Positions 7,860-21,176 of a stretch of 33,004 bases of DNA are shown in pieces. Position 1 is the stretch's first letter, and every line of letters starts with the position of its first letter. Made by a program: the position numbers and the translations under genes. This DNA is from Paracoccaceae bacterium (GTDB lineage Bacteria > Pseudomonadota > Alphaproteobacteria > Rhodobacterales > Rhodobacteraceae), in the NCBI GenBank assembly GCA_007121055.1, contig SKMM01000081.1, forward strand, positions 1 through 33,004. The letters run 5' to 3'. Under the pieces are notes generated by a model that ran no database searches, was not told the DNA's origin, and saw only the letters and a list, made by a program, of their open reading frames with translations.

Positions 7860-7883
7860 GAACTATCTTTTAGGTTGTAGAGG

Positions 7884-9035
7884 CTAATTCCCGCGACGCT
7901 GCGCCTCGATCTGCCGCCAGACCGCCACGTTGCGGTTGTGGTCCGCCAGGTTGGTCGCGAAGGCATGTCCCCCGCTGCCGTCGGCCACGAAGAACAGATA
8001 GGGCGTGTCCTCCGGGTCCAGTGCCGCGGTGATGCTCGCCCGGCCCGGGTTGGCGATGGGCGTCGGCGGTAGCCCGTCGATGCGATACGTGTTCCACGGC
8101 GTGTGGGTGTCGAGTTCGCTGCGGCGCAGCCCGCGGCCCAGATGCCCCTGCCCCAGCGTGATGCCATAGATCACCGTCGGGTCCGTCTGCAGCCGCATCG
8201 GCACCCGCAACCTGTTGACGAAGACGCTGGCCACCTTGCCCCGCTCATGGGGCACCGAGGTCTCGCGCTCGATGATCGAAGCGAGGATCATCGCCTCTTC
8301 CGGCGTATCGATCGGCAACCCATCAACCCGCGTTTCCCACAGATCCGCAAGGATCCGCTCCTGCCGCGCCTGCATCTCGGCCACCAGCGTCGCCCGGTCG
8401 TCACCGCGCCGCACCTCATAGCTGTCGGGCGCCAGCATCCCCTCGGGCGGCAACCCGTCAACCTCTCCGCTCAGGAAGTCCGCCCAGCGCAGCCCCTCGA
8501 CGACCTGCCAGACAGTGGTTCCCTCCACCACCGTGATCCGGAACCGCGTGTCGTCTGCCCCCGCCAGTTCGGCAAAGCCCTCGGGCGCCTCGCTTTCCCA
8601 GTCGAAGCGCATCACCTCCTCGAACCGCCCGGTCTCGGGGTCGAGATCGCGCACGATCTTCTCGACCTGCACCACGCCGATCCGCAAATGCACATCGGTC
8701 CCGCAGGTGGGCGGCCCCGGCCGGGTGACAATGCCGAGGATATCTTCCATCGAGGCACCGGGCGGCACCAGATGCGCCCCGAACCGCACCGCCGCGGCCT
8801 GCTCGGTATAGCGTGCCCCCACACGAAAGATCAGGCCCGAGCGGATCGCCCCCTGCTCCTCAAGCTGGTCGGAGATCGCCTGCAGAGAGGCCCCCCGCTC
8901 CACCCGCAGACAGATTGACTGCTCCAGCGGACCCTGGGCCGTGAACTGATGCTGTCCCCAGCCAACCGCGACCGCAAGGCCGATCAGCAGCACGATCAGC
9001 AGGGTCAGCGCGTTGGCAGCAACATGGCGGGCCAT
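7884..9035 (-). CDS. mltG: Endolytic transglycosylase MltG (YceG family)
   Basis: N-terminal TM helix; ILASIIERET (catalytic Glu), VFVNRL...LQTDPTVIYG, TPWNTY.IDGLPPTPIANPG, YLFFVADGSGGHAF; TGATG coupling to fabF. Confidence 0.95.
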   Translation of the reverse strand: MARHVAANALTLLIVLLIGLAVAVGWGQHQFTAQGPLEQSICLRVERGASLQAISDQLEEQGAIRSGLIFRVGARYTEQAAAVRFGAHLVPPGASMEDILGIVTRPGPPTCGTDVHLRIGVVQVEKIVRDLDPETGRFEEVMRFDWESEAPEGFAELAGADDTRFRITVVEGTTVWQVVEGLRWADFLSGEVDGLPPEGMLAPDSYEVRRGDDRATLVAEMQARQERILADLWETRVDGLPIDTPEEAMILASIIERETSVPHERGKVASVFVNRLRVPMRLQTDPTVIYGITLGQGHLGRGLRRSELDTHTPWNTYRIDGLPPTPIANPGRASITAALDPEDTPYLFFVADGSGGHAFATNLADHNRNVAVWRQIEAQRRGN

Positions 9036-10297
9036 CAACCGCCCCATTGTCCCAGCACGAGCGTCGCATTGGTGCCGCCGAACCCGAACGAGTTCGACAG
9101 CGCCACCCGGATCTCGCGGTCACGCTTCGCGTTGGGCGCAAGATCCAGACGCGGCATGACCTCGGGATTGTCGAGGTTGATGGTCGGCGGTGCCACCTGA
9201 TCCCGGATCGCCAGCACGCAGAAGATCGCCTCCACAGCACCCGCGGCCCCCAGCAGATGTCCGATGCTGGACTTGGTAGAGCTCATGGTCGCGCGCCCGG
9301 CGGCCTGCCCCATCAGCCGCTCCACCGCCGCAAGCTCGATGGTGTCAGCCATGGTCGAGGTACCATGCGCATTGATGTAGTCCACATCCTCAGGCCGCAG
9401 CCCCGCCCGCTTCAGCGCGGCCTCCATTGACCGGTACCCGCCCTCGCCATCCTCCGACGGCGCAGTGATGTGGAAGGCGTCGCCCGACAGCCCATAGCCC
9501 AGAACCTCGGCATAGATCCGGGCCCCGCGCGCCTGCGCATGCTCCAGCGCCTCCAGCACCACCACCCCGGCCCCCTCGCCCATCACGAACCCGTCGCGGT
9601 CCACGTCATAGGGCCGCGAGGCCTTCTCGGGCGCGTTTCCCCGCTTGGTCGACAGCGCCTTGCAGGCGTTGAACCCCGCAATCCCGATCTCGCAGATGGG
9701 CGACTCCGCGCCCCCCGCCACCATCACGTCCGCATCGCCCCAGGCAATCAGCCGCGCTGCATCCCCGATGGCATGGGCGCCTGTCGAACAGGCCGTCACC
9801 ACCGCATGGTTGGGACCCTTGAAACCAAACCGGATACTCACCTGACCAGAGGCGAGGTTGATAAGTGCTCCCGGAATGAAGAAAGGCGACACCCGCCGCG
9901 GCCCCCGCTCCTTCAACAGCACAGCCGTGTCCGCGATGGTCGACAAGCCCCCGATGCCGGACCCGATCATCACCCCGGTGCGCAGCCGGCCCTCCTCATC
10001 CTCCGGCATCCAGCCTGCATCGCGCACCGCCTGGTCCGCCGCGGCCATGGCATAGAGGATGAAATCGTCGACCTTGCGGGCTTCCTTCGGCTCCATCCAG
10101 TGGTCCGGGTCGAAGGTCCCACCGCTGCCGTCGCCACGGGGGATCTCGCAGGCATATGTCGTGGCCAGATGGCTCGCGTCGAAGCGTGTGATGATGCCGG
10201 CGGCCGATTGACCGTCCAGAAGCCGCGACCAGGTCTGCTCGACCCCGCAGGCAAGCGGGCTGACCACCCCAAGACCCGTCACAACAACGCGCCGCAT
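9035..10297 (-). CDS. fabF: 3-oxoacyl-ACP synthase II
   Basis: MRRVVVTGLG, VTACSTG (Cys), INAHGTS (His), GHLLGAAG (His), NSFGFGGTN. Confidence 0.97.
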   Translation of the reverse strand: MRRVVVTGLGVVSPLACGVEQTWSRLLDGQSAAGIITRFDASHLATTYACEIPRGDGSGGTFDPDHWMEPKEARKVDDFILYAMAAADQAVRDAGWMPEDEEGRLRTGVMIGSGIGGLSTIADTAVLLKERGPRRVSPFFIPGALINLASGQVSIRFGFKGPNHAVVTACSTGAHAIGDAARLIAWGDADVMVAGGAESPICEIGIAGFNACKALSTKRGNAPEKASRPYDVDRDGFVMGEGAGVVVLEALEHAQARGARIYAEVLGYGLSGDAFHITAPSEDGEGGYRSMEAALKRAGLRPEDVDYINAHGTSTMADTIELAAVERLMGQAAGRATMSSTKSSIGHLLGAAGAVEAIFCVLAIRDQVAPPTINLDNPEVMPRLDLAPNAKRDREIRVALSNSFGFGGTNATLVLGQWGG

Positions 10298-10553
10298 CCC
10301 CCAGCCTCCTGCCGCCTGCCCTTCTCCGGCGGCGGTGATACACAGCTTTGGTGGGTTGCGAAAGGGCGCCCGCTTCGCCGACAGCCACACAGCCGTGAAT
10401 CGCCCAACGCACCGGCACCGCCGGCCGGAACAGCATCCACTCCGCCGTCAGCGCCGCCATTAACCAAATCGGGAATTTCTCCCTGCTATGAAGGCTGTGC
10501 GGACGCCTTCGGGCTGCGGTATGCTGGCGCAAAACAAATATCGAGGCAGGACT

Positions 10554-11063
10554 ATGCGGGTGATTCGGGTGGTGATGGCCGTCCTTGCGATGGCCGTTCT
10601 CGCAGGCTGTGCGGATCGGGCCGGACGATCGAAGTTCCTGACCTATGAAGGGCCCGAAGTGACCCGCATCCTCGTCTGGAAGGACGCCCGCGTGATGCAG
10701 CTTCGGCACCACGACGATGTCCTGATGCAGGTGCCTATCAGCCTTGGCTTCGCGCCCGAGGGGCACAAGCAGCGCCGCGGCGACGGACGCACGCCCGAGG
10801 GGAATTACATCATCGACAGGCGCAACCCCAACAGCGCGTTCCACCTGTCACTGGGCATCTCTTATCCGGATGTGAACGACAAGCTCGTCGCGACCGAGGC
10901 CGGCGACGACCCCGGCGGCGACATCTTCATCCACGGCAAGGGCCCGGACTTCAGCAGCGCCACCGGCGACTGGACCGCAGGCTGCATCGCCGTCACCGAC
11001 GCGCAGATGGAGAAGATCTACGCCATGGTCCGCGTCGGCACGCCCATCTCCATCTTCCCCTGA
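10554..11063 (+). CDS. L,D-transpeptidase (YkuD family) lipoprotein
   Basis: Signal peptide with lipobox LAGC; GDGRTPEG.Y, LGISYP and IFIHG...WTAGCI catalytic His/Cys motif; GAGGCAGGA RBS. Confidence 0.9.
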   Translation: MRVIRVVMAVLAMAVLAGCADRAGRSKFLTYEGPEVTRILVWKDARVMQLRHHDDVLMQVPISLGFAPEGHKQRRGDGRTPEGNYIIDRRNPNSAFHLSLGISYPDVNDKLVATEAGDDPGGDIFIHGKGPDFSSATGDWTAGCIAVTDAQMEKIYAMVRVGTPISIFP

Positions 11064-11167
11064 CCGCAGCCGGCCGACCACTCGACCGCCCAAGCCCGCC
11101 TTGGGGTGCGCTTGTTTTCGCCCGCCGCCTGGGCCAGAACCCATAGCACAGGCAGCGAAAGAGACGC

Positions 11168-11935
11168 ATGGGCGACCGACGCAAGATCGCATTCCTCGCA
11201 GGCCCCACCGAGGATGCCCAGCGCGCCCGCGCCGAACTCGTCGCGCGCTATGGCGACGTCCGCCCCGAAGACGCCGAGGTCATCGTGGCGCTAGGTGGCG
11301 ACGGCTTCATGCTCGGCACGCTGCACGGCACCCAGCACCTGCCCGCGCCTGTCTACGGCATGAACCGCGGCACGGTCGGTTTCCTGATGAACGAATACGC
11401 CCGCTCCGGCCTCATCGATCGGCTTGCCGCGGCCGAGGAGACGGTAATCAATCCCTTGCACATGCTTGCCGTGACCGTGGCGGGCGACCGGAAAGAGGGG
11501 CTGGCGATCAACGAGGTCTCGCTCTTGCGCCAGGGGCCCCAGGCCGCGCGCCTGCGCATCAGCGTGGACGGCAAGGTGCGCCTCGACGAACTGGTCTGCG
11601 ACGGCGCCCTCGTCTGCACTCCGGCGGGCTCCACCGCCTACAACTATTCCGCCCACGGCCCGATCCTGCCCATCGGGTCGGACGTGCTGGCTCTGACCGC
11701 CATGTCCGCCTTCCGCCCCCGCCGCTGGCGCGGGGCGCTCCTGCCCAAGACCGCTCTCGTACGCTTCGACGTGCTCAACCCCGCGAAACGCCCCGTCATG
11801 GCCGACGCCGACAGCCGTCCGGTCCGCGACGTCGCCTGGGTTGAGGTCCGCTCCGAACCAAGCATCACCCACCGCCTCCTCTTCGACCCCGGCCACAGCC
11901 TCGAGGAACGTCTCATCCGCGAACAGTTCGTCTGA
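11168..11935 (+). CDS. nadK: NAD kinase
   Basis: GGDG, GTVGFL, AINE and [15 protein letters not shown] motifs. Confidence 0.94.
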   Translation: MGDRRKIAFLAGPTEDAQRARAELVARYGDVRPEDAEVIVALGGDGFMLGTLHGTQHLPAPVYGMNRGTVGFLMNEYARSGLIDRLAAAEETVINPLHMLAVTVAGDRKEGLAINEVSLLRQGPQAARLRISVDGKVRLDELVCDGALVCTPAGSTAYNYSAHGPILPIGSDVLALTAMSAFRPRRWRGALLPKTALVRFDVLNPAKRPVMADADSRPVRDVAWVEVRSEPSITHRLLFDPGHSLEERLIREQFV

Positions 11936-11944
11936 CGCGTCCTC

Positions 11945-14140
11945 TCAGGCAGCCGGGGCAAAGCTGTCCCGGAATCTCTTCCCCCCGCGGGCCATCTCCC
12001 GTAGCAGTTCGGGCGGCGCGAAGCGCGGCCCCTGGGCCGCTTCCAGCGCCTCGGCCGTGGCCAGCGCCTCGTCCGCGCCGATCCGGTCGAGCCACGCAAA
12101 AGGCCCCCCGGACCAGGGCGCGAAGCCCCAGCCCAGGATCGCCGCCACATTGCCCTCTCGGATGTCCTTCAGCACGCCCGCCTCCAGCGCCCGCACCGCC
12201 TCCAGGACCTGCACGAACAGAAGTCGCGCCTGCACCTCCGACAGATCGGGGGATGTGTCCGGCCGGGCCGTGCCCTCGGCCAGCACCGCAAGCCCGGGCC
12301 ACAGACCGCTGCGCCGGCCCTTTTCGTCGTAATCATAGAAACCGGCGCCTGCCTTGCGGCCCAGCCGCCCGTCCTGTTCCATGGCAAAGATCACCCGGTC
12401 CACGTCGCTGTCGGGATAGGCATCGCCCAGCGCCGCCCGGGTCGCCCGCGCGATCCGCGCACCCAGTTCGATGGACACCTCGTCGATCAGCTGCAGCGGC
12501 CCCACCGGAAAGCCCAGCTGCCGGGCCGCGTTCTCGATCAGCGCGGGCGGCACGCCCTCGCCCACCATGCGGATCCCCTCGTTCATGTAGGGGATGATGC
12601 AGCGGTTGGCATAGAAGAACCGCGCGTCCTCCACCAGGATCGGCGTCTTGCGCAGTTGTCCTACGAAGTCGAGCGCCTTGGCCACCGCCTCGGGCCCCGT
12701 CTGCGGGCCGCGGATCACCTCCACCAGCTGCATGCGGTCCACCGGGCTGAAGAAATGGATGCCCAGGAACCCCTCGGGCCTTCCGCTGGCCCGGGCCAGA
12801 TCCACGATGGGCAGGGTCGAGGTGTTGGTGGCGAACACCGCCCCGGGCGCGGCGGCTTCCGCCCGCGCGGTGACTTCGGCCTTCACGGCGGAGTCTTCGA
12901 ACACCGCCTCCACGATCAGGTCGCAGCCCTCCAGCTTGGCATACTCCGCCGTCGCGGTGATCCGCGCCAGCGTCGCCTCGGCCCGCTCCCCCGGCAGCCG
13001 CCCGCGGCCGACCGCTTTCTGCAGGGCCGCGGCGATGCCCGCACGGCCTTTCGCGGCCCCCTCCTCGGTGGCGTCGATCAGCACCACCTCCATGCCCGCC
13101 GCGGCCGAGACCTGGGCGATCCCCGCGCCCATCATGCCAGCGCCCAGCACCCCCAGCCGGCGCACCGGCGCGGGCGCGAGGTCCGGCCGCCGCGCCCCCT
13201 TCTCCAGCGCCGCCTTGTCCAGGAACAGCGTGGTGATCATCGCCTCCGCCGTGGGGTCCATCAGCACATGGGTGAACCACCGCGCCTCGATCCGCAGCGC
13301 CGTGTCGAAATCCACCAGCGCGCCCTCATACACGGCCGACAGCAGCGCCTGCGCGGCCGGATAGACCCCATGCGTCTTGCCCGTGACCATCGCCGAGGCG
13401 CCCACGAAGGTCATGAACCCCGCCGGGTGATAGGGCGCCCCCCCGGGCATCCGGTAGCCCTTGGCGTCCCACGGCTTCACGCACTCCGCGTCGCCCGCCT
13501 CCCGCACCCAGGCCTTGGCCCGGTCCAACAGGTCCTCCGGCGCCACCACCTCGTCGATCACGCCAGCGGCCTTGGCCGCCTTCGGCGACACCATCCGCCC
13601 CTCCAGCAGGAAGGGTGCGGCCGCCATCGCCCCCAGCTTGCGCACCAGTCGCGTGGTGCCACCCGCGCCGGGGAACAGCCCCACCTTGATCTCTGGCAGA
13701 CCGATCCGCACCCCCTCCCGGTCCGCGGCAAAGATTCGGTGGCAAGCCAGCGCCAGCTCCAGCCCGATCCCCGCCGCCGTGCCGGGCAGAGCGCAGGCCA
13801 CGGGCTTGCCGCCCTTCCGCGTCTTCGGGTCCATCCCGGCGCGTTCGATCCGCCGCAGCAGCGCATGGATGCGCTGCACGCCCTCGAACAGCCCCCGCGC
13901 CGGATCCTCCCCAGCCTCGGCCTTCATTCGCGCCAGCACCGCAAGATCCATGCCGCCCGCGAAATCCTTCTTGGCAGAGGTGATCACGATGCCTCTGACC
14001 TCCGGATCGCCCAGCGCCGCCTCCACCGCGGCGGCCAGATCCTCCAGCCCCCGCAGCGTCATCACGTTCATCGAGCGCTCCGGCACATCCCACAGGATCA
14101 CCGCCACGTCCCCGTCGACCTCGGTGCGAAACTCCGCCAT
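11945..14140 (-). CDS. Fatty-acid oxidation multifunctional enzyme (enoyl-CoA hydratase / 3-hydroxyacyl-CoA dehydrogenase, FadB/FadJ family)
   Basis: Crotonase domain (FAGGMDL, GIGLELALACH, GLPEIKVGLFPGAGGT) plus GAGMMG, VEAVFE, ATNTS and GIHFFSPV. Confidence 0.94.
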   Translation of the reverse strand: MAEFRTEVDGDVAVILWDVPERSMNVMTLRGLEDLAAAVEAALGDPEVRGIVITSAKKDFAGGMDLAVLARMKAEAGEDPARGLFEGVQRIHALLRRIERAGMDPKTRKGGKPVACALPGTAAGIGLELALACHRIFAADREGVRIGLPEIKVGLFPGAGGTTRLVRKLGAMAAAPFLLEGRMVSPKAAKAAGVIDEVVAPEDLLDRAKAWVREAGDAECVKPWDAKGYRMPGGAPYHPAGFMTFVGASAMVTGKTHGVYPAAQALLSAVYEGALVDFDTALRIEARWFTHVLMDPTAEAMITTLFLDKAALEKGARRPDLAPAPVRRLGVLGAGMMGAGIAQVSAAAGMEVVLIDATEEGAAKGRAGIAAALQKAVGRGRLPGERAEATLARITATAEYAKLEGCDLIVEAVFEDSAVKAEVTARAEAAAPGAVFATNTSTLPIVDLARASGRPEGFLGIHFFSPVDRMQLVEVIRGPQTGPEAVAKALDFVGQLRKTPILVEDARFFYANRCIIPYMNEGIRMVGEGVPPALIENAARQLGFPVGPLQLIDEVSIELGARIARATRAALGDAYPDSDVDRVIFAMEQDGRLGRKAGAGFYDYDEKGRRSGLWPGLAVLAEGTARPDTSPDLSEVQARLLFVQVLEAVRALEAGVLKDIREGNVAAILGWGFAPWSGGPFAWLDRIGADEALATAEALEAAQGPRFAPPELLREMARGGKRFRDSFAPAA

Positions 14141-14152
14141 GGCCGCCTCCCC

Positions 14153-15361
14153 TCAGACCCGCTCGATCACTGTTGCAGCGCCCATCCCGGCCGCCACGCA
14201 CAGGGTCGCCAGAGCCGTCCCAGCCCCCTGCCGCTCCATCTCGTCCAGCGCCGTGCCCAGGATCATCGCCCCCGTGGCGCCCAGCGGGTGACCCATGGCG
14301 ATCGCCCCGCCATTGGTGTTCACCTTGGCGGGGTCTGCGTCGAAGGCCTGCTGGAAGCGCAGCACCACCGAGGAAAACGCCTCGTTCACCTCGATCACGT
14401 CGATGTCCGACAGCGCCATGCCGGCCGCCGCCAGCGCCCGCTCGGTGGCCGGCACCGGCCCGGTCAGCATGATGGTGGGCTCGCAGCCCACCCGCGCCAT
14501 CGCCCGGATGCGCGCCCGCGGCCTCAACCCATGGGCCTCCCCGAACGCCGCGTTGCCCACCAGAACCGCCGCGGCCCCATCCACGATGGCGCTGGAATTG
14601 CCCGCATGGTGGCGATGCATGATCCGCTCCAGATGCGGATAACGCATGAGCGCCACCGCATCGAAGCCCGGCATCACCTCCCCTTGCTCGGCAAACGAGG
14701 GCTTCAGCGCCCCGAGCGCCTGCATGTCAGTGCCCGGCCGAATCGCCTCGTCCCGTGCCAGGATCTCCAGCCCGTTCACGTCCCGCACCGGCACGACGGA
14801 GCCGTCGAACCGCCCCTCCGCCCAGGCCGTCACGGCGCGCGCATGGCTCTCGACGGCCAGCGCGTCCAGCGCATCGCGGGAAAACCCATACTCCGTGGCG
14901 ATCAGGTCCGCCGCGATCCCCTGCGGCACGAAATACCGCCCCATCGCCACCGACGGGTCCGCCGCCAGCGCGGCCCCGTCCGAGCCCATTGGCACCCGGC
15001 TCATCATCTCCACCCCGCCAGCGATGATGCCCCGCGCGGTGCCCGCCGCCACCTGAGCGGCCGCCATATTCACCGCCTCCAGCCCCGAGGCGCAGAAGCG
15101 GTTGATCGAAAGCCCCGGTACCGCCTCTGACAGCCCCGACGCCAGCACGGCGGCGCGTGCCAGGCAGCCACCCTGCTCCCCCACCTGGGTGACGTTGCCC
15201 CAGATCACGTCCTCCACCGCATCTGAGGGCAGCCCTGACCGCGCGACAACCGCATCCAGAATCTGCGCCGAAAGCCGCAGCGCCGTGACCTCGTTCAGCG
15301 CCCCATCTTTCCTGCCCCGTCCGCGGGGCGATCGGATGGCATCGTAAATGTAGGCGTCCAT
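14153..15361 (-). CDS. Acetyl-CoA C-acyltransferase (thiolase)
   Basis: INRFCASG, NEAF, GHPLGATG and CVAAGMG thiolase motifs. Confidence 0.95.
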   Translation of the reverse strand: MDAYIYDAIRSPRGRGRKDGALNEVTALRLSAQILDAVVARSGLPSDAVEDVIWGNVTQVGEQGGCLARAAVLASGLSEAVPGLSINRFCASGLEAVNMAAAQVAAGTARGIIAGGVEMMSRVPMGSDGAALAADPSVAMGRYFVPQGIAADLIATEYGFSRDALDALAVESHARAVTAWAEGRFDGSVVPVRDVNGLEILARDEAIRPGTDMQALGALKPSFAEQGEVMPGFDAVALMRYPHLERIMHRHHAGNSSAIVDGAAAVLVGNAAFGEAHGLRPRARIRAMARVGCEPTIMLTGPVPATERALAAAGMALSDIDVIEVNEAFSSVVLRFQQAFDADPAKVNTNGGAIAMGHPLGATGAMILGTALDEMERQGAGTALATLCVAAGMGAATVIERV

Positions 15362-15440
15362 GACCCCTCCCGTCCTGCTCCTGCTCTGGCACCCCCTCGG
15401 GGCGCGTCAGTCCTTCCGGCCGCAGCCAGCCCGGTCCGCG

Positions 15441-17173
<1,733 letters not shown>

Positions 17174-17177
<4 letters not shown>

Positions 17178-17623
17178 GGCTCTGCCTCCTCCTTCCGGGC
17201 GGAATTAGACCCGGCGGCGCGCCCCAGCACCTCGGCGCCCCAAGCAAGTTCCGCCCGCAGCTCGGCGATGGCCTCGTCCAGTTCGGCGCGCTGGCGCTCC
17301 ATGTCGGTGAGGCGGGCGCAGGCAACATCATAGGTGCGGCGCAGCTGCGTCAACTGCCGGTCGTCCCGGTCATAGAGGTCCAGAAGCTCGCCGATCTGAT
17401 CGAGAGAGAAGCCAAACCGCCGCCCTCGCAGGATCAGCGCCAACCGTGCCCGGTCTCGGCGACGGTACAGCCGACTGCGCCCCCGACGCTCTGGTGTCAG
17501 CAAACCTTTCTGCTCGTAGAACCGCAGCGTCCTCGGCGTCACGCAATGCAGCGCGCACATGTCCCCAATGCTGATCGGTTTCTCGTCCGACGCCTCGAGC
17601 GGCCCGTGGCTGTCCTCCGGCAT
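17174..17623 (-). CDS. MerR-family regulator, LiuR-like
   Basis: ISIGDMC...VTPRTLRFYEQKGLL.P.R.G..RLY...RL.LILRGRRFGFSL; heads an acyl-CoA catabolic operon and has LiuR-like operators upstream. Confidence 0.9.
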
Positions 17624-17691
17624 GCGCCCTCCCCAACGCCTTTACCTGCAAGGCCAAGGATGGGGGGAACGGCGCCGCCAAACAAGCGCAT

Positions 17692-17723
17692 TTGACGTCA
17701 ACGTCAGGCTGACGTTGCGTCAA
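17692..17723. promoter_or_regulatory. Tandem LiuR-type operator palindromes
   Basis: TTGACGTCAACGTCAG (17692-17707) and CTGACGTTGCGTCAA (17709-17723), resembling the TTGACGT-N2-ACGTCAA-type LiuR motif. Confidence 0.7.
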
Positions 17724-17823
17724 CAAGGTTCTGATGGTCACCACCAGGAAAGGGCCGAAACGTCGAGGCGCCGCAGACCTGAGCAGCAATGCGCCTCCGC
17801 CTGCGCGCAAGCGGCAGCCCGAC

Positions 17824-18978
17824 TCAGCCCTTCATGCCATCCCAGAACCCCTTGACCTTCTGGAAGAAGGAACTGCCTTCGGGGTTGTTGTGCTCACCCA
17901 ACTCCTCGAACTCGCGCAGGATCTCCTTCTGCCGCGGGCTCAGATTGACCGGTGTTTCCACCGCCAATTCGATGAACATGTCGCCGGTGGGCCCGCCGCG
18001 CAACTCCGGCATGCCCTTGCCGCGCAGGCGCATCTGCCGGCCGGTCTGGCTGCCGGCGGGGACCTTCACGCGCGACCGCCCACCGTCGATGCTGGGGACC
18101 TCGACCTCGCCTCCCAGAGCCGCGGTGGTCATCGAAACGGGCACGCGGCAGTGCAGGTTCACGCCGTCACGCTGGAACAGCGGATGCTCGCGCACCTCGA
18201 TGAAGATATAGAGATCGCCCGTCGGCCCCCCGCGCACCCCCGCCTCACCCTTGCCGGCCAGCCGCATTCGGGTGCCGGTCTCGACACCGGCGGGGACATC
18301 TACTGACAGCGTGCGGGTCTTCTCCGCCCGACCTGCGCCACCACAGGCCGTGCACGGGTTCTTGACGATCTGCCCGAGGCCGCCGCAGGTGGGACAGGTC
18401 CGCTCGACGGTGAAGAAACCCTGTTGAGCCCGCACCTTGCCCAACCCCGAACAGGTGGGACAGGTCACCGGCTCGGCGCCACCCTCGGCCCCGGTGCCGT
18501 TGCAGGCCTCACAGCCCGACAGCGTTGGAACGGAGATGGACTTCTGCACCCCCGCAAACGCCTCCTCCAGCGAGATCGCCAGATTGTACCGCAGGTCGGA
18601 CCCACGGCTCGCGCGTCCTCGTGCCCCGGCGCGCCCTCCGCCCATGAAATCGCCGAACAAATCCTCGAACACGTCCGAGAAGGCCGAGGCGAAGTCCGGC
18701 CCGCCGCCATAGGCCCGGGCGCCCGCCCGCGGCCCGCCGGCACCCATGCCCCCCTCGAAGGCCGCATGGCCGAACCGGTCATAGGCCGCCTTCTTCTCGG
18801 GGTCCTTGAGGGCCTCGTAGGCCTCATTCACTTCTTTGAACTTGGTTTCGGCCTGCGGGTCGTCGGTATTGCTGTCGGGATGAAGCTCACGCGCCTTGCG
18901 CCGGTAGGCCTTCTTGATGTCGTCGGCCGAGGCCCCGCGCGAGACCCCCAGCACGTCGTAGAAATCGCGTTTCGCCAT
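17824..18978 (-). CDS. dnaJ: Chaperone DnaJ
   Basis: J domain with HPD, G/F region, four CxxCxGxG repeats and the C-terminal domain. Confidence 0.98.
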   Translation of the reverse strand: MAKRDFYDVLGVSRGASADDIKKAYRRKARELHPDSNTDDPQAETKFKEVNEAYEALKDPEKKAAYDRFGHAAFEGGMGAGGPRAGARAYGGGPDFASAFSDVFEDLFGDFMGGGRAGARGRASRGSDLRYNLAISLEEAFAGVQKSISVPTLSGCEACNGTGAEGGAEPVTCPTCSGLGKVRAQQGFFTVERTCPTCGGLGQIVKNPCTACGGAGRAEKTRTLSVDVPAGVETGTRMRLAGKGEAGVRGGPTGDLYIFIEVREHPLFQRDGVNLHCRVPVSMTTAALGGEVEVPSIDGGRSRVKVPAGSQTGRQMRLRGKGMPELRGGPTGDMFIELAVETPVNLSPRQKEILREFEELGEHNNPEGSSFFQKVKGFWDGMKG

Positions 18979-19009
18979 GCGGGACCTCTGGGTGGGAATT
19001 CAAAGCCGA

Positions 19010-19042
19010 GGGCCGGCCCGCCCGGGCAGGGCAGGCCGGCCC
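19010..19042 (-). terminator. GC-rich stem-loop between dnaK and dnaJ
   Basis: gggccggcc...ggccggccc inverted repeat about 20 nt after the dnaK stop; only a weak T-run follows. Confidence 0.5.
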
Positions 19043-19060
19043 CGGATCAGGCGGCGCGGA

Positions 19061-20980
<1,920 letters not shown>

Positions 20981-21126
20981 GCTCTGATCCTTCTCAATTC
21001 GGCGATGTCATGGGGCGCGGGCCCGTGCGCGGCCCCCGAGCCCCCATCCCTTTGCCCGATCCGTTTGCCAATCCGTTTCAGCGGTCCGGGTGGCAACCTT
21101 GGCGGTCGCTCCCCCGCTTCGGCGGG

Positions 21127-21156
21127 TATATAGGGAGCGGGATTTGTCCCTGCAAC
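21127..21156 (-). promoter_or_regulatory. RpoH (sigma32) promoter of dnaKJ
   Basis: Minus strand GTTGCA-gggacaaatcccgct-CCCTATATA fits the alphaproteobacterial TTG...CCTATAT heat-shock consensus. Confidence 0.75.
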
Positions 21157-21176
21157 GGTGACGGAGCCGTGAATCC

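Larger units (their letters stand above)
1..7880 (-). mobile_element. RcGTA-like gene transfer agent head-tail cluster (domesticated phage genes), left part truncated by the window edge
   Basis: Gene order g1-g2-g3-g3.5-(extra)-g4-g5-g6-g7-g8-g9-g10. It sits next to mltG-fabF, has host-like GC content, and shows no integrase, repressor or replication genes. Confidence 0.95.

Noticed and set aside
20981-21176. CIRCE/HrcA operator upstream of dnaK
   Set aside because: No TTAGCACTC-N9-GAGTGCTAA present; only the RpoH-type promoter is seen.
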